Shown here one piece after another: positions 1 to 12,324 of a stretch of 64,000 nt of DNA. A program made the translations under genes and the position numbers. The notes below the pieces were generated by a model. The model saw only the letters and a list, made by a program, of their open reading frames with translations, did no database searches and was not told the DNA's origin. Source of the DNA: a bacterium (GTDB lineage: Bacteria; Patescibacteriota; Patescibacteriia; JAGPKW01); contig JAJXYN010000009.1 in the NCBI GenBank assembly GCA_021780535.1, forward strand, positions 150,538 through 214,537. The letters run 5' to 3'. Within the stretch, counting starts at the first letter, position 1. Each line of letters begins with the position of its first letter.

Positions 1-687
1 GAAAAGAAAATAGGAATTTCTTTCAAAAATAAAAAAACACTTAAAAATGCTCTTATCCATAGATCATTTCTAAATGAAAAACCTGATTTTGAATTACCAA
101 GTAATGAAAGATTAGAATTTCTTGGTGATGCTGTTTTAGAATTAATAGTAACAGAGTTCCTATTTAAACATCAAAAAGAAGAAGAAGGTGTTTTGACAAG
201 TTTTAGAGCTAGTTTGGTCAATACTGAGATGCTAAGCAAGGTTGCTAATGAACTAGACATAACAAAATATCTTTATTTAAGCAAAGGTGAAAAAAGTGAT
301 ATTTATTCTAAATCTAAAAAAAGTATATTAGCTGATTCTTGTGAAGCGATAATAGGAGCCATATATCTAGATCAAGGATTTGCAAAAGCTAAAAAATTTA
401 TACAAGATAATTTATTAATTCATTTTAATGAAATATTAGAAAGTAAATCTTACATAGATTTTAAAACCTTTTTTCAAGAGGTTGCTCAAGAAAAAATAGG
501 CATAACACCAACATATAAAGTATTAGAAGAATCTGGTCCTGATCATGATAAAATATTTAAAATTGCATTATATATAGGTGATGAAGAAATATCTATAGGG
601 GTTGGTAAAAATAAACAAAAAGCTCAAGAAGATGCCGCTAAAAATGGTATAGATAAAAAAAGCTGGTGGAATGAAATAAAAAAATAA
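1..687 (+). CDS. rnc: Ribonuclease III (5' end lies outside the window)
   Basis: Frame 1 is open from base 1: ALIHRSFLNE...NERLEFLGDAVL signature; C-terminal dsRBD (DFKTFFQE...GPDHDKIF...AQEDAA). Confidence 0.97.
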   Translation, partial: EKKIGISFKNKKTLKNALIHRSFLNEKPDFELPSNERLEFLGDAVLELIVTEFLFKHQKEEEGVLTSFRASLVNTEMLSKVANELDITKYLYLSKGEKSDIYSKSKKSILADSCEAIIGAIYLDQGFAKAKKFIQDNLLIHFNEILESKSYIDFKTFFQEVAQEKIGITPTYKVLEESGPDHDKIFKIALYIGDEEISIGVGKNKQKAQEDAAKNGIDKKSWWNEIKK

Positions 688-726
688 AAAAGAAAGTCGA
701 AACCATAAATGGAATCGACTTTTTTG
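688..726. terminator. Bidirectional intrinsic terminator between rnc and the convergent ORF
   Basis: aaagtcga...tcgacttt stem flanked by A and T tracts. Confidence 0.6.
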
Positions 727-741
727 TTTGACATTTTATTA

Positions 742-1218
742 TTATATAACACAATTCTCTAGAAATTTATTCTTACAAGACAATACCACAAATTTTTTAT
801 CATCATAACTAAAAACTTCAAATGTTTTAGATATTATATTTTCTGGCTCTTCGTACACGCCAAATAAATTCTCAATTTCTTTTTTATACACATCAAATTC
901 TGCTTCAAACAATATAAAAATATCCCCATCATCTATACCTAACAAAACACTATCGTTGTGTTCATAGACCAAAAATACATATCTTGGTATAGGATTACTC
1001 ATATCCTCTTTTTTCTCAAAACAAAACACTTTCTTACGAGCAAAACTAACAATTTCATCATTAAATTCTTTTTTTGGAATAGTTATTGTTTCTAAATGTA
1101 ATTGTTGAAATATTTCTTTTGAGGGGAAAAAATTGTAAGAAGATGATTTTTCTTTTATTTTTTTAAAACCATCTAAAAGCTCCATAAAATTAACAACAAT
1201 AATACCAATAAATTTCAT
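742..1218 (-). CDS. Hypothetical protein
   Basis: Long ORF; ATG at 1218 is preceded by GGAGGT, a better start than 1323. Confidence 0.65.
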   Translation of the reverse strand: MKFIGIIVVNFMELLDGFKKIKEKSSSYNFFPSKEIFQQLHLETITIPKKEFNDEIVSFARKKVFCFEKKEDMSNPIPRYVFLVYEHNDSVLLGIDDGDIFILFEAEFDVYKKEIENLFGVYEEPENIISKTFEVFSYDDKKFVVLSCKNKFLENCVI

Positions 1219-1324
1219 AAAGACCTCCAAATATAATTGCAGACATTGTTCAAACATAAGACTACAATAATATGTATTTTTTGTAAAATAAAAAACACCC
1301 AAAAAGGGTGGAAAGAAGAACATT

Positions 1325-1435
<111 letters not shown>

Positions 1436-1564
1436 AATATTCTTCTTTAGTTTTTCAGTTATAGAAGACTTATAGACTTAAAATTAAATAGAGATTTAGA
1501 ATATATTTTAAAATTTGCTTGTAGCGTCTCAATATTAACCAATATATTGAATTTCATCATTATT

Positions 1565-4536
<2,972 letters not shown>

Positions 4537-4731
4537 AAGAATAACGAAATTCTTGTTAATTCTCTCGAATGTTAAAAAACATATTTAAGTAACAATATAT
4601 GAGAAATTACATATATTAATTAATACTCTTTATACTCGCTTTTTCATAGGCAGACTTAATACCTATGAAAAAATATTCTAAATTCACTCTCTATTTAATT
4701 TTTAATCTACAAATCTTTAACAACTGAGTTT

Positions 4732-4760
4732 AGGCTAAAATATTTTTTAGACTATGTCAA
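4732..4760 (-). promoter_or_regulatory. Probable sigma70 promoter of the 23S-5S unit
   Basis: TTGACA-N17-TAGCCT on the minus strand, immediately before the leader/processing stem. Confidence 0.55.
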
Positions 4761-4949
4761 ATGTTAAATTTTATGACAATAAAAAATAACCCGTGGCATT
4801 TATTATTATAAATTGTGGTAATAATAGCAAATGCTTAGAGGTTATTAAATAAAACTTGGAACTATATAACTTAAGCGTTCTAATTTTTCTCCCTACTTCT
4901 TCTTTTTTCTTATTTTTGGATGTTAACTATTATAGTTCATAAAAAAAAA

Positions 4950-6170
4950 TTAGTCAATACCCCATTTGTTTATTATGTTATTAATATCAATTTCTGGCTT
5001 TTTTTTGCTTAAATTTTTAATTGCTTGCGATAAAACTACTTCATATAATAATTTTCCTCTTTGATTTGTTTTTTCTGATATCATTATTTTATTTATCTTG
5101 ATTATCATTTTTTCAGCCTCTTCTGATATTTTTTTAAATTGGATATCTTCATTATCTGAACTCTCAATAACTTTTAATATTATAGCTTTAATGTTATTTA
5201 TTTTTTTTGTAAACGAAGCATAACCGTCAAAAATATTTTTTGCCATGCTATTATTTTCTGATTCTTTATATAATTTCATTAAAAAAAATATTTTTGAAGC
5301 CTTTTTTTGATAATCAGATCTTATGTCTGCTAATTCTACTAATATTTCTCTTTTTTCTTCTATTGTTAGCGGACTTCTATTTTCTATATTATTATTTTCT
5401 AATTCTTTTTGAAATTTTTCTTCTATTTCTATAAGTTCTCCATCATTAGAATATCCAATATCTATATGAAAAAACAATTTATTTAAAATATTAAAATTAC
5501 TGTCAAATTTAAAATTATTAAAATTTGATGCTATTTTGTCTATTATATCTTTTGTTTTTATTGCTTTATTTTTAAATTCATTTACCGTCCCTTCTATTAT
5601 TTTTGATGAAGCATATATAGTCTGATCCCCACCACGGTGCCCACCTATTTCATTAAAATAATTTAAATACATTAAATCTATAAAAACAACTTCTACTCCA
5701 ATATTTCTATCTATAACTACTACGAATTCATCTCCACCATATCTATATGCTTCTATTCCATTTATATTTGAGCTGTTGGATTTTTCTATGTTTTCTCTTT
5801 TTATTATTAAATTTGTAAGGTGATGATAACAGAGTTTTTTAATTTGTAGCCCACTGACTTCATCTAATGATAATTTTTTAATTGTTTTTTCAATTTCACC
5901 TAAAAAAACTTTTAATCTAAAAGAATATTTTCCATTTTCTTCAAAAAAAGTTTTTATAAGATTCCTATATTCTTTTGTATTTTTATTGCTACTAATAAAT
6001 TCTTCAAGTTCGCTAAAAGCTTCAAACGCTTCTAGTGTAAATTCACGCATTCTTTCTGATTTATTATAAAACTCTGATATATCAGATTCTATTTGTTTTA
6101 TATCCATTATCTGATCTTTCTTCTCATCTTCTGTTCTTTCTGTTTTTTTTGAATTATTAAATAAGATCAT
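4950..6170 (-). CDS. GGDEF-related protein with rearranged motif order
   Basis: YRYGGDEF, DLMYLNYFNEIGGHRGGD, HIDIG and LADIRSDYQK correspond to diguanylate-cyclase motifs. Confidence 0.7.
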   Translation of the reverse strand: MILFNNSKKTERTEDEKKDQIMDIKQIESDISEFYNKSERMREFTLEAFEAFSELEEFISSNKNTKEYRNLIKTFFEENGKYSFRLKVFLGEIEKTIKKLSLDEVSGLQIKKLCYHHLTNLIIKRENIEKSNSSNINGIEAYRYGGDEFVVVIDRNIGVEVVFIDLMYLNYFNEIGGHRGGDQTIYASSKIIEGTVNEFKNKAIKTKDIIDKIASNFNNFKFDSNFNILNKLFFHIDIGYSNDGELIEIEEKFQKELENNNIENRSPLTIEEKREILVELADIRSDYQKKASKIFFLMKLYKESENNSMAKNIFDGYASFTKKINNIKAIILKVIESSDNEDIQFKKISEEAEKMIIKINKIMISEKTNQRGKLLYEVVLSQAIKNLSKKKPEIDINNIINKWGID

Positions 6171-6258
6171 TTTTTAAACTTTTATTTTTATTGTAATAAG
6201 ATTATATCACAAGACCAAAAGAAAAAAAAGAAAAAAATAGAGATGTTAATTATCATCT

Positions 6259-7110
6259 CTATTTTCCTATTGTTAATTTTGCTACTTTTATTGCTGATTC
6301 TTTTGTTTTTGTGCTCGCTATAAACCCATTAGCATGACAGAAAAGAAAATCTTTAATACCAGTTAATTCAAATAACTTTTCTGCTGATTCACCTCTCCAA
6401 TCTTCTTTTAGCTCAACCCTACTTTCAAATGAGTTTAGTTCTTTTGGAATCATTCTTATCATCCATTTTTCTTTATTTTTTTCTGGATAAATTATTATAA
6501 GATTTTCTGTTTTTACAGTTTCTTCTTGCCAATTACAATAAACATCTAAGATTATAATCTTATCAACGGCTTCTTTAATTGCTTTATCTACTATTTCTTT
6601 TGAAAGCAAAATTGCTTTTTCTTTTTCTATTCTTCTTAATATTATTGCTTCGGCAATTTTTACAATTTTTATAAATTCTTTATCATAATTTATATTTTCA
6701 TTCCAATTAGGATTAAATAATCCAAAAATTTCTGGGATTGATATTTTTAAATTATTATTGTCAGGGTTATAACCATTGTCTATTGCATCTATATATTTAA
6801 TAAAATTTTCATCTATCCTATTAACAATTTCTTCTGATCCACACAATTTAATACCAAATTTTTTCCAAATCAAACCAAAAGCTGCATAAGGGTAGCCATC
6901 TTTTCTAGCACCAGCATTATTATATTGATGATGATCAAAATATTTTTCTCCATCATATTTTCCACTAACATCAAAAACTATATCTCCTTTTTCAAAATAT
7001 TGTTCTTCTCTTGTTCTTTTTATTTTTGCAAATTTAAATATTAGTTTTAAAGTAGCCGCTGAGAATATATCGTCTGCATGAAATGAATTGTTGTGAGTTA
7101 CAAGAAGCAT
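6259..7110 (-). CDS. MYG1 (UPF0160) family DHH-type nuclease
   Basis: THNNSFHADD, FDHHQ, IDAIDNG, FCHANGF motifs. Confidence 0.9.
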   Translation of the reverse strand: MLLVTHNNSFHADDIFSAATLKLIFKFAKIKRTREEQYFEKGDIVFDVSGKYDGEKYFDHHQYNNAGARKDGYPYAAFGLIWKKFGIKLCGSEEIVNRIDENFIKYIDAIDNGYNPDNNNLKISIPEIFGLFNPNWNENINYDKEFIKIVKIAEAIILRRIEKEKAILLSKEIVDKAIKEAVDKIIILDVYCNWQEETVKTENLIIIYPEKNKEKWMIRMIPKELNSFESRVELKEDWRGESAEKLFELTGIKDFLFCHANGFIASTKTKESAIKVAKLTIGK

Positions 7111-7178
7111 AATATAAAAACTAAAAAATTAAAAACTAAAAATTTAAAAACAATTTTAAATATCAAATTTTAAATTAT

Positions 7179-8516
7179 TTAATATTCTATCATATATTTT
7201 GTTTTATCACCTTCTATTCCTAAAAACAAGAAGAAAATTATCAAACCAAAAGTTAGTGTTATTATGAAATGATCTAATATCCCAAACAATAAAATAGCTA
7301 TAAACGGTATCATTATTTTCACTTCTTTATTTACTATTAATTTAAATATTATCAACCCAATAAATGCTAATAAACCAAATATGCCAGTTTCTAAAAATAT
7401 TAATAAATATATATCATGAATTGGTTGTAAATCCCATGTATTTAAATTTTTGTTTTGATTATATTTATAAATTGTATAATTTCCAATTCCAACTCCTGTT
7501 AAATATTTTTGTTCAATATAATTCTTGAAATCTTTTAATTGGCCCAGCCTTTCATTTGTTGATTTTGTAACTAATCTATTATTTACATCTGTTCTTGATG
7601 CTAATAAATCAGATGCTGGTAAAGATGTTGATAATATTATGAATATTAAAACTATAAATATACTTAAATTATAATTTATTTTTTTGTTTATAATATCCTT
7701 ATTTTTTATATGTATAAATATTTCATACATTAGGAATAATATAAATGAAATTATAAATATAAATATTGCTGTTCTTGAAAATGTAAAAATTAACCCAATA
7801 AAATTTATTCCAAAAGCATATATTAGATATATCATCTTAAAATCTATCCTACTTGTTTCTAATAAATTTTTTTCTTTTTTGTGCTCTAAGATCTTAAATA
7901 ATATAAAAATTAATCCAATTAATAAAAATAAACCAAGCATATTAGGATGAGGAAATAAGCCATAACTTTTTAATATTCTTCCAAAACCTCCTTCTATAAC
8001 ATATGTACCTAGATTAAACGGGAGCTGTTCCGATACACCAATATATTTATTAGCTGATATTGATTGCATTATAAATTGGTATATTGATATAAATCCTTGA
8101 ATACTTGAACTTAATATAAAAGAACTTATAAACCATTCCATTTTTATTTTATTTATGAAAATAATAAATGAAAATGATGAAAATATTAATATTTTTATAA
8201 AATTATACACTGCAACTGTCTTGTCTGGAGCAAAAAATATTGAAATAAATATTGAAATATTAAATAACGATAATAATAAAATAAATATTTTTGACTTTTT
8301 GTCTATTATTGTTTTGTTTTTTATTGAATATATTATCCCATACGCTATAAAAAATATAATTAATATATCTATCACATATAATGATATAGAGCCATACTCA
8401 AAAAAATTATTATTTATATTCTGTATCATTAAAAAATATCTTGTTTGTATTGGCAACAAAACTACTATTATAAGAAATAATATATTAAAAATTTTTGTTG
8501 TAAAAATGTTTTTCAT
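7179..8516 (-). CDS. O-antigen ligase family membrane protein
   Basis: Many TM segments; GLFPHPN, TFSR, GVGIGNY and PIHDIYL motifs. Confidence 0.85.
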   Translation of the reverse strand: MKNIFTTKIFNILFLIIVVLLPIQTRYFLMIQNINNNFFEYGSISLYVIDILIIFFIAYGIIYSIKNKTIIDKKSKIFILLLSLFNISIFISIFFAPDKTVAVYNFIKILIFSSFSFIIFINKIKMEWFISSFILSSSIQGFISIYQFIMQSISANKYIGVSEQLPFNLGTYVIEGGFGRILKSYGLFPHPNMLGLFLLIGLIFILFKILEHKKEKNLLETSRIDFKMIYLIYAFGINFIGLIFTFSRTAIFIFIISFILFLMYEIFIHIKNKDIINKKINYNLSIFIVLIFIILSTSLPASDLLASRTDVNNRLVTKSTNERLGQLKDFKNYIEQKYLTGVGIGNYTIYKYNQNKNLNTWDLQPIHDIYLLIFLETGIFGLLAFIGLIIFKLIVNKEVKIMIPFIAILLFGILDHFIITLTFGLIIFFLFLGIEGDKTKYMIEY

Positions 8517-9446
8517 TTATTTTATTCTTTCTAAGAAAATATTGTTATAAATTCTTCTGTTATCATTGTCGTGTAATTTTATTATCAAATCATCTACCAT
8601 TACATCTTCTGAATTATTTTTTTGTATTTTATCTTTTATACTTTGTGGGAAGATTTTGATTTCTATAATTTTAAAAAATTTCTCCAATATATTAATAGAG
8701 AATATTTTACTAATTTTTCTAGCTATTTTTTTATAAATATTATTTTGCACTATTCTTTTATATCCCATTTTATGTCCAAAAATATTTGGTAAATATTCTT
8801 TTATCCAATTGTTTTCATTAATAAATTTCTGATAGATATTACTTGGATCAAATATTGGAACGGCTTGACTTACCCAATACAAAAAATGAGCATCTTTTTT
8901 TGAACAAACTTTTTGTAAATTTAGATCTTTTTGATCAACAAAAATACTTAAACAAATTTTATCTTTTTTTGTTTTTTCTGTTGGTCTTAAACCTAAAATT
9001 TTGGCTATAAATGCTGATATAAATCTTGATGCCCATATTTTATTTTTTCTAGATATTATAAACAAATCTATATCACTTTCATTTCTGGAATTATCTATGG
9101 ACATATTGTTTGATATAAATATTGATTTAAAACATGAAAAATTTGAAATTAGTTTTACAAACTTAATCCCTTTTTTATACTTATTATAAGATGTTATGTA
9201 GTTACTTTTTCTTTTGTTTATTATTTCTTCTCTATTTTTTAAAAAATAAAATGATTCTTTTTTTTCTATTTTACTTTTTATTAACTCCCTTGTTTCTAAT
9301 GTATTTATAATTTCTTTTAAACTACAACTTTCTTTTGAATATAAATTTTTCCATATTTCAAAACTTGTTAAAGGAAAATCAAAAATATCGAAGTAAATAA
9401 TAGTACTAAGTATATCTTTTTCTAAATTGGTAATTTTATCAGACAA
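8517..9446 (-). CDS. Conserved CPR-type protein with a nucleotidyltransferase-like DxD motif
   Basis: YFDIFDFPLT N-terminus; SDIDLFII motif; TTG start. Confidence 0.6.
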   Translation of the reverse strand: MSDKITNLEKDILSTIIYFDIFDFPLTSFEIWKNLYSKESCSLKEIINTLETRELIKSKIEKKESFYFLKNREEIINKRKSNYITSYNKYKKGIKFVKLISNFSCFKSIFISNNMSIDNSRNESDIDLFIISRKNKIWASRFISAFIAKILGLRPTEKTKKDKICLSIFVDQKDLNLQKVCSKKDAHFLYWVSQAVPIFDPSNIYQKFINENNWIKEYLPNIFGHKMGYKRIVQNNIYKKIARKISKIFSINILEKFFKIIEIKIFPQSIKDKIQKNNSEDVMVDDLIIKLHDNDNRRIYNNIFLERIK

Positions 9447-9454
9447 TTTGGCTT

Positions 9455-9610
9455 GAATTTAAAATTTAAATTAAAAACTGAAAAAACCAAAATTTAAAAC
9501 AAAGCTAAAAACTAAATTTTAAAACGAAATTCAAATTAAGTGTGTTTTAATTTTTGATTTTAAAATTTGAATTTGTTTTGGTTTTTGGTTTTTTTAGTTT
9601 TAAAATTTTA
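9455..9610. repeat. AT-rich long imperfect inverted repeat built of 7-8 bp units
   Basis: aaaactgaaaaaaccaaaa ... ttttggtttttttagtttt; related tracts at ~7115-7177 and ~11455-11570. Confidence 0.55.
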
Positions 9611-9716
9611 TCTAAACCTTCTTTTGGCGACATTTTATCATAAAAAAAAGAAGGCTGCCTTGTGTATAACTTACAGCCTTCTTATAAATCTCTAAATCTC
9701 CAAAAATTTAGTTATT

Positions 9717-10826
9717 TTATTTATTTTCATTATCTTTTTGATCTTTATCATCTTCATCTTCCTCAAAAAGATTGTCTATGAATTTTTTTACTTTTTCTTT
9801 GTTTTCTGAAATTAGCCAAAATATAAGTAATATTATAGCTAATATGAGTAATATTACCCCTATTAAAATTGACTTATCTTGTTTTTCTTTCTGATTTGGC
9901 AAATTATTACTTGTCTTCTTGTTTTCTTTTATGTTTGTCTTTGCAGAATTTGTTTTATTTATAGATGAATTTACGTCTGCTTTTTTAACATTTTCCTTAC
10001 TAGTATTTTTTGTTTCTGTATTATTACTTTCTGTTTTAGTTGTTGAATCTTTTTTTATTTCTTGCGTTGGTAAATTCTGTTTTATATTTACGGCGAAATA
10101 TATTATTTTTGATTTAGAAACTATATTTGTATCTTTTGTATAACTTAATATGTATGCTTTATGGTTTCCATTTTTTAAGCCTTTAACTGCTAAAGCAAAA
10201 TAAGAAGAAGATTTTGTTCCGTATAATGAATCTATAAATCTTACTTTTTTATCATCAACATATACTTCTATTTTATTCCCAGTATTACCATAACCTCTTA
10301 TAACGTATATAGATGGATCATCTGCGTAATAATATGGCGTCAAAATATCTGGCGTTGAATATCCGCTTACTACGTTAAATTCTACTATTCCACTAGATCC
10401 ATAATCTTTACCATCTTTAAACGATACAAATTGAACATTGTGTTTTCCTAGGGTTAATTTTTGTATTGGCTCATAATAAAATCCTGAAATGCCTGTTTTA
10501 CTTGGCCAAACATTTAAAGTTGTTCTATATTTTCCATCTATATAAACTTTTATATTATAACCAGATTTAACTTCTCCTCTTATTATCTGTCCGCCATCTA
10601 AATTTTCATTCGATTTTGGGCTAGTTACTGTAGGAATAATTGAATCTACTGGTTTTTCATTTTCTACTTTTAATATTGGAATAATCCCTATATTGTTAAT
10701 TTTTGTTTCATTTGAAAAAGGAGCTACGTCAACAATGATATTTTCTGCAAAAACTTGGCTTGTGCTAAATAAAGAAAAAACGAAAACGAAAACAAGAAAA
10801 GCAATAATTTTATTATTTTTATTCAT
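9717..10826 (-). CDS. Secreted, C-terminally anchored protein with two Ig-like repeats
   Basis: Signal peptide (VFA); two IRG..KVYID/EVYVD beta-rich repeats; low-complexity linker; C-terminal TM. Confidence 0.7.
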   Translation of the reverse strand: MNKNNKIIAFLVFVFVFSLFSTSQVFAENIIVDVAPFSNETKINNIGIIPILKVENEKPVDSIIPTVTSPKSNENLDGGQIIRGEVKSGYNIKVYIDGKYRTTLNVWPSKTGISGFYYEPIQKLTLGKHNVQFVSFKDGKDYGSSGIVEFNVVSGYSTPDILTPYYYADDPSIYVIRGYGNTGNKIEVYVDDKKVRFIDSLYGTKSSSYFALAVKGLKNGNHKAYILSYTKDTNIVSKSKIIYFAVNIKQNLPTQEIKKDSTTKTESNNTETKNTSKENVKKADVNSSINKTNSAKTNIKENKKTSNNLPNQKEKQDKSILIGVILLILAIILLIFWLISENKEKVKKFIDNLFEEDEDDKDQKDNENK

Positions 10827-10878
10827 AAAAATATAAATAAATTGCTTAACTAACGACCTTTCTCCTTGTAGATGTTGA

Positions 10879-10906
10879 GCCCGCCGTCGCTAACGCTAAG
10901 GCGAAC
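10879..10906 (-). repeat. REP-like hairpin, single copy
   Basis: Reverse complement gttcgccttagcgttagcgacggcgggc; same family as 11133-11221 and 19454-19479. Confidence 0.65.
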
Positions 10907-11132
10907 GAGAAAATGAGAAGATGAGATTTAATACTCAACTTCTTAATTTCTTAACTTTTTGCTTTTAAAGTACAAAGTTTGAATTTCAACCTTATAATCC
11001 AGTGCTGACAATATTATTCATTCTGCACTACATTACAATATTTATAATCGTTTAGCAATGCAGTTATACACAGATTTTTATTTTATTAAAAAATATCCAC
11101 TTTTTACTTCATATAACTTAAACAATATTTAG

Positions 11133-11221
11133 ATCCGCCTTCGTCAAGACTACGGCGAATACAATCCGCCTTTGCTAAGGCTATGGCGAATACAATCCGC
11201 CTTCGTCAAGACTACGGCGGG
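11133..11221 (+). repeat. Three tandem 31-bp REP-like hairpin units
   Basis: atccgccttcgtcaagactacggcgaataca-type units start at 11133, 11164 and 11195; a further hairpin lies at ~11224-11251. Confidence 0.85.
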
Positions 11222-11527
11222 TAACCAGCTTTCACTAAAGTTTCAGCTGGTGAAAGAGGAGAGAGATTTTTTAAATCTCAGCTCCAAAAAATTACATGCA
11301 AATATTGATTGTGTAAGATTTATCTTACAACTATTACTACAACGTCTTTTTAAGGCGCTGAGATTTAGCAATATTGTTTTTATTTTTATATGAAGTAAAA
11401 AATGGATGTTAAATTAAATTATTAATTAACTTATTGATAGTCATCGTTGAGAAATTTTAAAACTGAAAAACTGAAAAATTCAAAACAATTTTTAGATACT
11501 TAATGAACGTAGTGAATATAATTATCT

Positions 11528-11547
11528 TATACTCTTTAGAGTATAAA
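11528..11547. promoter_or_regulatory. Palindromic operator-like site upstream of the TrmB gene
   Basis: ttatactct-tt-agagtataa. Confidence 0.45.
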
Positions 11548-11571
11548 ACATCTAAATTTTAAAACTGAAAT

Positions 11572-12324
11572 ATGTACAAAGATGTATTTATCGAACTTGG
11601 ATTAAGCGATAATCAGGCCATTATTTATGAATATTTATTAAAAAATGGTGCTCAAACTGCAGGGAATATAATAAAAAATACCCCATTAAAAAGGGGTTTA
11701 GTTTACAATATCTTAGATGAATTATGCGAAAATAAGCTAATTACTAAAAAAATTAATAAAAATAATAAAGTTGCTGTATTTTCCCCTGAACATCCAGAAA
11801 AATTAAGAGAATATTTAGAAAACAAAGAAAAAGCCTTAGGTAAGGCTAAAAATACGCTAGAAAGCAATTTATCCTCTATTATTTCTGATTTTAATCTTGT
11901 TAGTAATAAGCCTGGGGTGAGATTTTTTGAGGGAGATGAGGGTATAAAAAAAATTGCAGAAGACATGTTAAAGTCTAAAACTCCTATATATACTTATATG
12001 GACATGAATAGTGTTAGTAAATTCATACATGATATTGATAAATATTTTGAAAAAGAAAAAATTAAAAAAGGTTTAAAACAAAAAATACTAGTAATAGATT
12101 CCAAAATAGCTCATAAAGAGACTAAAAGTCCTAATGATAAAATTACTGAAGTGAAATACATAAAAATGAAACCTTTTAAATCTATTACTGAGATATACGA
12201 CAACAAAATAGTTTTTATCAGTCTATCCGAAGACCAAAAAAGTAAAGTAAGTATAATTATAGAGGATAAACAAATATATGAAATGCAAAAATCTTTATTT
12301 GAATCTTATTGGGACATGGTTTAA
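11572..12324 (+). CDS. TrmB-family transcriptional regulator
   Basis: N-terminal wHTH (LGLSDNQAIIYEYLL...RGLVYNIL); KPGVRFFEG; C-terminal EIYDNKI..IS. Confidence 0.85.
   Translation: MYKDVFIELGLSDNQAIIYEYLLKNGAQTAGNIIKNTPLKRGLVYNILDELCENKLITKKINKNNKVAVFSPEHPEKLREYLENKEKALGKAKNTLESNLSSIISDFNLVSNKPGVRFFEGDEGIKKIAEDMLKSKTPIYTYMDMNSVSKFIHDIDKYFEKEKIKKGLKQKILVIDSKIAHKETKSPNDKITEVKYIKMKPFKSITEIYDNKIVFISLSEDQKSKVSIIIEDKQIYEMQKSLFESYWDMV

Noticed and set aside
10830-11060. Known riboswitch in the leader of the secreted-protein gene
   Set aside because: Hairpins are present, but I could not match a c-di-GMP, c-di-AMP or T-box consensus
11133-11251. 31-bp periodic repeat as a CRISPR array
   Set aside because: The linkers are identical and only ~6 bp; no unique spacers and no cas genes
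11172-11393. 73-aa ORF
   Set aside because: It is read through the repeat cluster, with a TTG start and no protein features
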